In this document: positions 45,179 to 53,683 of the stretch, in pieces
Layout: every line of letters starts with the position of its first letter
How positions within the stretch are numbered: position 1 is the stretch's first letter
Assembly: GCA_016934515.1 (NCBI GenBank)
Contig: JAFGSR010000077.1
Coordinates: 1,330 to 65,329 of the forward strand
DNA length: 64,000 nt
Reading direction: 5' to 3'
DNA from: Sedimentisphaerales bacterium
GTDB lineage: Bacteria; Planctomycetota; Phycisphaerae; Sedimentisphaerales; SM23-30
Translations under genes and position numbers: made by a program
Notes under the pieces: model-generated
What the model saw: the letters and a program-made list of their open reading frames with translations, nothing else
Told to the model about the DNA's origin: nothing
Database searches by the model: none

Positions 45179-47311
45179 CTATATAGCCCGTTTAATGGAA
45201 ATATCCATTTTAGAGTCGGTACTCTTTTTTGTTTTGAGATTTATTTTCAGCACGATCTTAGAATCTTTGACAATCTGGGCGTGGCGGTTGAGGAGATACA
45301 TTTGGTCTTTTTTAATCACCGAAAGCACTTCCTGGTGAACGGGATGGCCGTCATAAAAGACCTGAATGTCTTCGATGGTCGTCTCGGCCTTTCCGAGATT
45401 GTCGCAGCGCAGCAAGAACTGTCCGGGCTGTTTGATAAACTTCGAGATATCAACTTCGAGAAGGGCATGGTCATTTTTAAACGCTACCGGTTCAACGGTG
45501 ACACACTTTTGCCACCGGTCAGTCTGCTTCGAGCTAAACAGTTGCCATTCTTTAATAGCCGGATCATGATTGGACCGGAGCAGATTCAGCCGCCAGTACC
45601 GGCCGGTTTTGGGGGTGAATTTCTTTTTGTAGCCTGCGCCCATTTTGGTGCCGGTCAAGGCGATTTTCCAATCTTCGGTATCGGTGCTGCGGTACTCAAG
45701 CTGAAACATTTCGGTTCTGTTCCAGGGTTCATTGATGGCGGTGGCATTGATGGTATAGTCCCGGCCCAGATCGAATTCTACCCAGCAAGGATATGGGGCT
45801 TTGACCCTTTCGCTAACACCCCACCAGGTGCCGTCATTGCCGTCGCAGGTTTTGTCGGCAGTATAGGACGGGCTGTGGGTATCGCTGGCGGTGGCTTTGA
45901 AAATTTTTACACTGTCTCTGGGTAATGTTCCTTCGTAAAGGAACTCATTGTCGCCATCGACGAAATACAGTTTGAAATCACGAATCAGCGGAGTGCCGAC
46001 ATTTTTGGTTATGCGAAGCGTCACAGCTGTTGCCTCGACAGGCTCGAACATCACAATACGTTTGCGTCCGACAGCGGAGCCATTGTTTATCTCGATCCAT
46101 TGGCCATCTGCAGTGCGAGCTTCGACGGTGAACTCACGGATACGATGGCCAAAGCGGTAGTCCTCCATGATCATAAACTGATTGATTTTTGTGGGCTGGT
46201 CCAATCTGATCGTATGAACAAGTCCGGGTCCTTTTGTCTGGCCAATTGGATTACTGAAACGTCTGTCCAGTTCTTCACCGAATTGTTTGTATAGCACCAG
46301 GTCCGCTTGCGGGATGAGCCCGTCGGTGTTGGGTGTGCTGTTCAACAGGAAAGTTGCCCCACGACCTACCGAGAAATAATATAATCGGATCAGGTGCTCA
46401 AGTGATTTTTGTTTCTTTTCTTTTTCCTTTGCCCAGAACCAGTAATGGTTATAGAGGGTTGTGTCACATTCCAAAGGCGCCCAGGCATCACCGTCGGGAT
46501 CGCCGTGCAGAGCGGTAGAGACGCCGGTATCCAGGTCTTTCTTTTTGAGGGTATTCCAGCCGGGATAGGGTGCGATCCCGCTTTCGGTGCCGACCCAGCG
46601 TAGATTTGCATAAGGCCCCTGCAAATATACGACCCGGTTGTTGACATATTTTTCAAATACCTCGCCAAGCGGTACGATGCAACTTCCGTCAAACCAAAGC
46701 TCGATGATATTGTCACGGTGGCGGCTGAGTACTTCGGTCCATTGCATCTGCAAAACATTATTGTAATCTTGCTGCCGGGCGGGATCACTGGTTCTGCCGC
46801 CGGAGCCGATATGTGCGCCCCAGTTGTCATCACCAGGATAGATATACATTCCGAGTTTTAGTCCGTGTTGTTTGCAAGCGTCGGCGATTTCTTTGACCAG
46901 GTCCCCCTTGCCGTTTTTCCAGGCGATATTTTTGACGCTGTAATCGGAGGTTTCGGTCTGCCACCAGCAGAAACCGCCGGTGTGCTTGGCAACGAAAAGG
47001 ATTTCCTTGGCACCCCATGCTTTTGCTGCCCGGCACCACTGATTGACATCAAGTTTGGGGAGTTTCATATCCTTCAAATCTGTAGTATGGTTGTCATATT
47101 CACGTCCCTGCCAGGTACACGGATCGAGACAGACAAACATAATTCGTTCCTGCTCATGATAGCGGTACTGGGCCTCGGAGGGTCGAGCCAGATGTACCGC
47201 AGCCGGGTCGTTAATAGCTTGCTGATAAGCCGGGCTTTGCTCTGTCGCAAGGGCCGCGTTGTTAGCAAAGACGGCACTTGCCAAAAACATTATTCCAATT
47301 ATCTTTTTCAT
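45179..47311 (-). CDS. secreted GH29 alpha-L-fucosidase with C-terminal F5/8-type-C-like domains
   Basis: 710-aa ORF with the GH29 core AKAWGAKEILFVAKHTGGFCWWQTETSDYSV..GDLVKEIADACKQHGLKLGMYIYP. Discoidin-like C-terminal repeats are present (DGNDGTWWG). Confidence 0.85.
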   Translation of the reverse strand: MKKIIGIMFLASAVFANNAALATEQSPAYQQAINDPAAVHLARPSEAQYRYHEQERIMFVCLDPCTWQGREYDNHTTDLKDMKLPKLDVNQWCRAAKAWGAKEILFVAKHTGGFCWWQTETSDYSVKNIAWKNGKGDLVKEIADACKQHGLKLGMYIYPGDDNWGAHIGSGGRTSDPARQQDYNNVLQMQWTEVLSRHRDNIIELWFDGSCIVPLGEVFEKYVNNRVVYLQGPYANLRWVGTESGIAPYPGWNTLKKKDLDTGVSTALHGDPDGDAWAPLECDTTLYNHYWFWAKEKEKKQKSLEHLIRLYYFSVGRGATFLLNSTPNTDGLIPQADLVLYKQFGEELDRRFSNPIGQTKGPGLVHTIRLDQPTKINQFMIMEDYRFGHRIREFTVEARTADGQWIEINNGSAVGRKRIVMFEPVEATAVTLRITKNVGTPLIRDFKLYFVDGDNEFLYEGTLPRDSVKIFKATASDTHSPSYTADKTCDGNDGTWWGVSERVKAPYPCWVEFDLGRDYTINATAINEPWNRTEMFQLEYRSTDTEDWKIALTGTKMGAGYKKKFTPKTGRYWRLNLLRSNHDPAIKEWQLFSSKQTDRWQKCVTVEPVAFKNDHALLEVDISKFIKQPGQFLLRCDNLGKAETTIEDIQVFYDGHPVHQEVLSVIKKDQMYLLNRHAQIVKDSKIVLKINLKTKKSTDSKMDISIKRAI

Positions 47312-47382
47312 AAGATATTTTCTTGGTTTGCAGTCTGTAGCAAATGCAATCCGTAATAAGTAAGGCTGGTTATGCCCGTTAT

Positions 47383-50175
47383 TTATTCAGTCATGATTAT
47401 AATGTCACTTTTTCGTGACGGGGGCGTTACTTTGAGGTCAATGAGTTTACCATTTATAAATTTTCCTTCAATGACTGTTTTATAGGGTGCGTGGAGTTTG
47501 AAATCCACGTCCCATTCTTTGGGCCAGGCGGGCAGCAGGTAAATTATTTTGCCGTCGGTCTGCATGAGCATCGATTGAAAAGCTTTGAGCAGGACGCCGC
47601 CATGATCCTGGTCGGGAACCCAATCGTAATTGGGGCCCCAGAAAGCGGGGAAGCGGGAACCGGCATGTTTTTTTTTGGCTCTTCCGACGAGATTGTCGCG
47701 GGCCTGGTCGGAGAGGCCCAGATAGGCCATGAAAATTTCTTCCTGCCTCCAGCCGAAATTACCTTTGTCCCCGCGGTGGTTGAAAGCTTCCATTGCCAGT
47801 TCGATATTTGGTTTGCCGAGGGCGAACTGGCGGAACGGATAGACGGCGTAAAGTTCCGGGTTCTCGACATTTCGCTTCTCGGCGTATTTCTCTGCCGGGA
47901 TCAACATGCGAATGCCGTCTCTTTCGCCGATGGGAATTTCGGGGATTTTTTTGCGGGCGGTTTGCCAATAGGTGCGGGCGTTTTCGGGTAAGAGTGAACT
48001 GGGCAATTCGAGGATGCGGCGGGATATTGCACGCAAGCCGGCCACCTCGGGCATGGGATTGGTGCAGTCCCACCAGGTTTCTAAGGCCTGGGAGGGATGC
48101 ATGAGGAGTTTGCCGTTATTGTCTAATTGGTAGTAGTTCTCAAAGAAAAGCATGACTTCCTTTGCTAGAGGTAAAATATTTTCCTGCAGGAAAGATTCAT
48201 TTTCTGTGTGTTCGTAATAGTCGAGCATCAAGCAGACCAGCTCCGGTCCGCAGACCCATTCCCATTTATGCCAGCCGCTGGTTTGGAGTTTATCCTGACG
48301 ATCTTCAAAAGGAGTCCAGCCGTAGGTTTCGGTGAAACATGTCCCCCAGAAATTGATGCATTCGGGATAATAGGCGCCCGGGTGGCCGAAGTAATGGCGT
48401 GTGCGATATTTGGAAATTTCGAAGACGTCCCCAGCGTACATTTTAAAAAGCGGCTGGAGAAGATCGAAATCGCCGGAAGTGCACATACTAAGATAGGGCA
48501 AGCGAGTATTTTGCCACCAGTAGCCCGGACCCCATCGTCGATAATCGGCATCACCGGGGCTGCCGGGATTGGGGACGGTGAAAATGGTACCGTTGAATTT
48601 AATGGGATAAGCACCGCGGCCAGCACAGGCATTGATGAACCGCTGTAAGATGTAACCCCGGGTTACTATATTTGCTCCGCTTTGGGCTTCTGCCATTTGT
48701 TGGGCCACAATTTTGCCATTGTGAAAGAGTTTCAGGATTCCAGCCGTTGCATCAATTACTGCTGCGACATGATGCCACTTGCTTGCTGTAAGGATATCCT
48801 TTTGGGTCAGGGTTCCGGCTTTGGTAATCAGACGCAGGCTGTTGCCGGGGTAGGTATCCAGAAGAAAGCCATCAGAACCACCCGGAGTGGTCTTGTCCAG
48901 AATACGGGCTCCGCTGGGGGGCAGGGATTCCGGCTGAATCCAGGCTTCCAGGGTAAGAGTTTGGGACTGATCGATGTTCGTCAAGTTGTCGAGAGTTTTA
49001 CCCGGAGCGACATTTGTCCAGCAACCGACCATACCAGGTTGCGGGGGGATCAGGTCCTTGTCATCTGCAGCTAAGGCTTCGACTTGTTTGTCAGTTAAAG
49101 CTTTATTGAAGATGGAGGCGCGAACGATTTTCCCTTTAAATAACTCGCTGCCATGTTGACTTTGACCTATGCGAACCGGGTGACTAGACTTGGCCATTAA
49201 GGCAGTTTGGGAAGGATGGTCTTCACTAGCGAAAATCCAACTGCGATTCCAGAATTGATTCCACCATTTTACATGGGCGGCTCGACGATTTTGAAAGGAA
49301 ATCTGTTCGGTGGTTTTTATCAGGTGATCCATGGCGGCGAGCCACTGGTTCGGTTGAGATGGATGTTTGGTTAAAACGTAGATGCTTATCTGCTGGATGG
49401 CGGCTGGAGAGGTAGATAGGGTCAGATCATCCCGGCGTTGGGCATTCTTGGCAGTAACGACAGCACCAAAAGTACGATGCAGAATCGGATCGACCATGGG
49501 GTAATCACTTAATCCCTGAATCTGCATGGTGAGTTCCGGCCCGACGGATTTTTTATTGTGATGGAACCAGCCGATACGGTTATTCTGGCTGGTAAGAACC
49601 GTATCGGGTTCCACAAAGGTTGGCGCATGCTTATTTTCCGGATTGCCGCGGTGTAAGTGGATATCGCTTACTTCTAAACTAGGCAGTTCGTAACGTTCCG
49701 TTCGCCACAGCTCGATCCGGGCAGTAGCGGTAAGTGAGTCCTGCCCCTGGGCGGTAATATGAATGACCGGATGATTCGCATCTACCCATAATTTAAGCAT
49801 GACAGGATTATCTTTGCCATATTGAACCAGCATAGTTCCCTCGTTAAGGTGCAAGGTTTGCCTGAAATCCTTACTGCTGTTAAAAGGATTGGGTTCCAGG
49901 ATCACCCGTATCTTCCCGACTTTCAGTAACCTGGAGTTGTCACCCCAGCTATCAGTTTTGCCGATATAAAAGACCAGATCGCCCGAAGGTTCAACCCAGG
50001 CATTCAAGCTGATATCGCCGTTTCCCAGGGGCATTGAGCCGTTGTAGTCTTTACTGGGAGAGTCCCAGACTACATTGTAATCATCCAACTGGCTGATCCC
50101 GTGCGCACATGACGGAAATAAGATTAAAAGCAACAAACAAATAAAACTTTTGCGAATCAGACTGAAAATAAACAT
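47383..50175 (-). CDS. secreted DUF5703 / GH95-like glycoside hydrolase carrying a LamG-like insertion
   Basis: 930-aa ORF. The N-terminal SMPLGNGDISLNAWVEPSGDLVFYIGKTDSW is the DUF5703/GH95-like opening. A ConA/LamG-like segment spans about aa 325-495 (TLEAWIQPE..WHHVAAVID..LKLFHNGKIV). Confidence 0.6.
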   Translation of the reverse strand: MFIFSLIRKSFICLLLLILFPSCAHGISQLDDYNVVWDSPSKDYNGSMPLGNGDISLNAWVEPSGDLVFYIGKTDSWGDNSRLLKVGKIRVILEPNPFNSSKDFRQTLHLNEGTMLVQYGKDNPVMLKLWVDANHPVIHITAQGQDSLTATARIELWRTERYELPSLEVSDIHLHRGNPENKHAPTFVEPDTVLTSQNNRIGWFHHNKKSVGPELTMQIQGLSDYPMVDPILHRTFGAVVTAKNAQRRDDLTLSTSPAAIQQISIYVLTKHPSQPNQWLAAMDHLIKTTEQISFQNRRAAHVKWWNQFWNRSWIFASEDHPSQTALMAKSSHPVRIGQSQHGSELFKGKIVRASIFNKALTDKQVEALAADDKDLIPPQPGMVGCWTNVAPGKTLDNLTNIDQSQTLTLEAWIQPESLPPSGARILDKTTPGGSDGFLLDTYPGNSLRLITKAGTLTQKDILTASKWHHVAAVIDATAGILKLFHNGKIVAQQMAEAQSGANIVTRGYILQRFINACAGRGAYPIKFNGTIFTVPNPGSPGDADYRRWGPGYWWQNTRLPYLSMCTSGDFDLLQPLFKMYAGDVFEISKYRTRHYFGHPGAYYPECINFWGTCFTETYGWTPFEDRQDKLQTSGWHKWEWVCGPELVCLMLDYYEHTENESFLQENILPLAKEVMLFFENYYQLDNNGKLLMHPSQALETWWDCTNPMPEVAGLRAISRRILELPSSLLPENARTYWQTARKKIPEIPIGERDGIRMLIPAEKYAEKRNVENPELYAVYPFRQFALGKPNIELAMEAFNHRGDKGNFGWRQEEIFMAYLGLSDQARDNLVGRAKKKHAGSRFPAFWGPNYDWVPDQDHGGVLLKAFQSMLMQTDGKIIYLLPAWPKEWDVDFKLHAPYKTVIEGKFINGKLIDLKVTPPSRKSDIIIMTE

Positions 50176-50201
50176 ACTTTAATTCTCCCTTCTGTTTAGT
50201 T

Positions 50202-51404
50202 TTACATTTGCTGGTCAAATTCCCCCAGTTCCAGAGGGTACCTACCATACTCACGCACCAATTTGACAATATAGTCATAGGTATGGCCGGAAACGCTGCT
50301 GGAGACGGAATGATCGGACTGGAATATATAGCCGCCGCCTTTAGCAGCGTTGAGCTTGCGGAGAACTTCCCGGCGAATCTGCTCTTTGTCAGCCGTTTCC
50401 CAAATCTGTATGTTACTGTTGCCGCACATGCCCAATTTATGGTCGTACGCGCGCCGCAACTCCACCGCGTCCAGACTTGCCTTGGCTTCGAGGGGATTGT
50501 ATGCGTCAACACCGATTTCGATAAAGTCGCTGAAAATGTTTTTTACATTGCCGCAACCATGGTAGATAACCGGTAGATCATTCTTATGACACACATTCAC
50601 CATCTCTTTCACCCACGGCTTGAAATACCTACGCCAGTAATCCGGTGAAAAGAACATGTTATTCTTATAAGCCACATCCCCCCAAATCACAAAACCGTCC
50701 AGCAATCCATCCGCTGCCTCAATTTCTGCCTGGGCACAATCCAGGTAGAACTGCCCGATACGATTGATAACTTTGCCCATACGCTCAGGATACAGGCCAA
50801 TCCAAAGCATATTGTTCTCCGGACCAATCAAACGCGTCAGACATTCGTTACATTCGATTATACTCCCAAATACTGGAAAATCAGGCCTTAGGGATTTGAC
50901 CGTTTCCAGCCAGGCCGGTGAATTCCGTTCGAAACCATCCCCCACACCGGCAATCTGGTTGTCCCCCGGTTCAAAATACCGGCGTCTGTCACCAGGATCA
51001 TCAAATTCCAAAGCTTCAAGCTTGTCCATTGAATCCGTCTCAAAATCGATAAACTCCGGCATCGGGGCGTCGAACTTCTTACGCAATATTGCCCCAAAAC
51101 CGGTTTTGACAACGACTTCCTCGTGGTTTTCTTTCAATATCTCGAAGGAACGAATGAAAGGATCCATATTCGATACTGTGACGATCCAGTCGAGGTCGTA
51201 GTAATAATAAGGGTTGGCATCGTCGGGCAAGCCCAAATCATTCCGCCATCGTTGAATAAAACTGCCCCAGAAAAAATCGCTGATAGGCACTCTGTCCGGC
51301 TGCTCGTGCCTTAGCGCCTTATTCATACGTTCCAGTTTCTTTAGCGTATTCTTTTTTCGCTTTTGCCCTGAAGAGTCCTTGCCGATGGTATCAAACATTC
51401 CCAT
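50202..51404 (-). CDS. URO-D superfamily protein, MtaA-like paralog 3
   Basis: 400-aa ORF containing ALRHEQPDRVPISDFFW, an H-x-C motif (VIYHGCGNV) and GGGYIFQSDH near the C-terminus. Confidence 0.75.
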   Translation of the reverse strand: MGMFDTIGKDSSGQKRKKNTLKKLERMNKALRHEQPDRVPISDFFWGSFIQRWRNDLGLPDDANPYYYYDLDWIVTVSNMDPFIRSFEILKENHEEVVVKTGFGAILRKKFDAPMPEFIDFETDSMDKLEALEFDDPGDRRRYFEPGDNQIAGVGDGFERNSPAWLETVKSLRPDFPVFGSIIECNECLTRLIGPENNMLWIGLYPERMGKVINRIGQFYLDCAQAEIEAADGLLDGFVIWGDVAYKNNMFFSPDYWRRYFKPWVKEMVNVCHKNDLPVIYHGCGNVKNIFSDFIEIGVDAYNPLEAKASLDAVELRRAYDHKLGMCGNSNIQIWETADKEQIRREVLRKLNAAKGGGYIFQSDHSVSSSVSGHTYDYIVKLVREYGRYPLELGEFDQQM

Positions 51405-51599
51405 GATCTGTTTCCTTGGAAATTGATATATCCGTCACGAGCACTATGAAATTAGCCCAAAATCACATCCGGTCCGTAAAAACCTATATTCTAATAGATT
51501 ACCTTTTTCCAGCAATGCACATACCAGAGTTTTTTTTGCACATTTCCGACTTTTTCCTGTATAATACCCACCAAATGATGACACTAAAGGGAAAAACCT

Positions 51600-52514
51600 A
51601 TGTTGGATTTACATCTTCTGCAAACGCTTAAACTATCGGTCATCAACATCGATTTTTGTCAGCTAGATCGTTCCTGGCACTATTCCAATGTACGAGGGCC
51701 TTTTTCTCGGCTATATCTGATAACCGGCGGAGAGGGTTACGTGTATCACCATAATCAAAAGTATCATCTTAAGCCAGGAAAAATGCATTTGATTCCAGGT
51801 TTCACCCTGGGCAGTTATCATTGTGACGACTACCTGGAGCAGTATTACATCCATTTTTCCAATGAGATGGACGGTTGGCTGGAGATTTTTGTTGAGCAGC
51901 AATGCGATTATCATATTGATGCCATCGACCTGGATTACATGCTTTTTAAAAGACTGTTGGAGTTAAATCCGGCAAAAGCATTACTGGAAACTGATCCGGA
52001 AAAGTACGACCGAAAAAAACATCTTATTCGATCGCAGCAACCTGAGGGTTATTCCAGCGCGGCGGATTACCTGGAAAGTATTGGAATACTCAAGCAGTTA
52101 CTTGCCCGTTTTTTTCGGGGAAAAATCAAGCCTTCGGATGATGAAAAGACCCAACAATTGCGACGATTTCGCAATGTCATTCGCTATATTAATGATAATT
52201 TGCATGAGATTATCAGCGTGGAATATCTGTCCCACATAGCCTGTTTGAATTCGGATTATTTTTCGAAATTATTCAAAAAAGTAATGGGAGTCGCACCGAT
52301 AGAGTATGTCAATCGCAAACGAATTGAAAAGGTGCAGTTACTACTGGTAACCACCAATTATAATCTTGATAAAATCGCCTTGGAAGCCGGCTATCGCAAC
52401 CTTTCCTATTTTTCTCGCCAATTCAAAAAATACTCCGGCATGACTCCCGGCAAGTATCGACGAGTCAACTTTGGACCATTAGCTCCTCTTGCCCAAAAAT
52501 CTTCACCCTCTTAA
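51600..52514 (+). CDS. AraC-family transcriptional regulator
   Basis: 304-aa ORF with a cupin-like N-domain and a double HTH (YFSKLFKKVMGVAPIEYVNRKRIEKVQLLL..LDKIALEAGYRNLSYFSRQFKKYSGMTPGKYRR). It is divergent from the glycan island. Confidence 0.85.
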   Translation: MLDLHLLQTLKLSVINIDFCQLDRSWHYSNVRGPFSRLYLITGGEGYVYHHNQKYHLKPGKMHLIPGFTLGSYHCDDYLEQYYIHFSNEMDGWLEIFVEQQCDYHIDAIDLDYMLFKRLLELNPAKALLETDPEKYDRKKHLIRSQQPEGYSSAADYLESIGILKQLLARFFRGKIKPSDDEKTQQLRRFRNVIRYINDNLHEIISVEYLSHIACLNSDYFSKLFKKVMGVAPIEYVNRKRIEKVQLLLVTTNYNLDKIALEAGYRNLSYFSRQFKKYSGMTPGKYRRVNFGPLAPLAQKSSPS

Positions 52515-53167
52515 CCTGTTTGTTTTTCCCTCCAGGGCTGATGAAAACGGCATGATAATGCAAAACCTCGAAATTAGCCTATTGCATAAGTAAAAAGGTT
52601 GTTAAGGAAGTTCTTTCGGTGCGTCAACAAAACCCGTAAGTTCCGATAATAACTTCATTTACAATTATATTGATGGAAATTTTGCGAGAATTCTTGCATT
52701 GCTCCGTCGCATAGTGTAAAATGAGCGGGAATTGGCTCGGCAACCTATGCTAAGCAGTCTCATCTTGAGAATATCGGCTAACTATACACTAAGAAGATCA
52801 GATAACAATATTCGGGAATATTGGTTAATATTGGCTGGTAGAACTAAAACGAGCTTTACTGAGGAGAAACTCGCCAGGGACAAACAGTCGGGATGACGGA
52901 ATACCGTTATGGTGGGACTTGGTGCCCGTCCACTTCATTAAAAGGTGTTTTTGATTCCCTCATGTCTGGGAAAATCTTGATTTACTTTCAGCAAGTCGCC
53001 CAGGAACAGGCATAACCGATTAAAACGTTTGTCCAATTCGTACTGAACCAACACAGTTTTAACGACTACATGAAGGAGGTATCTCTATGTAAAAACCGTG
53101 CCAAGGCAGATAGTATTAATTTTTAGGGCATTTTAATCAAAAACAAAGAAATGGAGGTGTGTTAACC

Positions 53168-53683
53168 ATGAAAAAAAAAGGTAGATACATTCTTGTGAGT
53201 TTGTGTTTTATATTAATTGCCACAATGACCGGTTTGGGGCAAAAATACATTCTCGAAATCGTGATGGTTGAGGATAGTGGATTGGTGCAGCCATCTGATG
53301 CTCCAGAAACTGCAACAGTATCCGGTCAGAATCCGGAGACAGAACAAGCACAAAATCCTTTCGACGAAGAGGTACAAAACCTGTGGGAACAGATTAAAGA
53401 TGAGCCGGACCCCGCAGAGTGCGAGCGGCTCCAGAAAGAAATCATCCAAGTCAAGGGAAATTGTGAGATAGCTCGACTGGAACAATCTCTGGTTATGGCT
53501 GTTGAGCGTGGCGATGACGACCTGACGGCGGAGATTGAAGAGGAATTAGTCCGTTTACAGTTACCAGAGGTTTCCAAAGCCTGTGACAGCGAAACGAGAC
53601 AACCGCCGGAAGAAGTTACTGCAGCTAGTCGAGTCCGAAAAATCAACCCGGACGACCAGCAAGGAGAGGAGGTTGAACCATGA
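53168..53683 (+). CDS. hypothetical secreted acidic coiled-coil protein
   Basis: ATG 53168 lies 10 nt after GGAGG. The product has a signal/TM segment (YILVSLCFILIATMTGLG) followed by an E/Q-rich region. It has a 4-nt ATGA overlap with the peptidase gene. Confidence 0.5.
   Translation: MKKKGRYILVSLCFILIATMTGLGQKYILEIVMVEDSGLVQPSDAPETATVSGQNPETEQAQNPFDEEVQNLWEQIKDEPDPAECERLQKEIIQVKGNCEIARLEQSLVMAVERGDDDLTAEIEEELVRLQLPEVSKACDSETRQPPEEVTAASRVRKINPDDQQGEEVEP

Noticed and set aside
52515-53158. A 644-nt AT-rich intergenic region before the acidic-protein/peptidase pair, examined for an sRNA, riboswitch or missed gene.
   Set aside because: It has no ORF with an RBS, no repeat modules and no recognisable RNA motif. 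It is probably just a long promoter or regulatory region of an acquired block.
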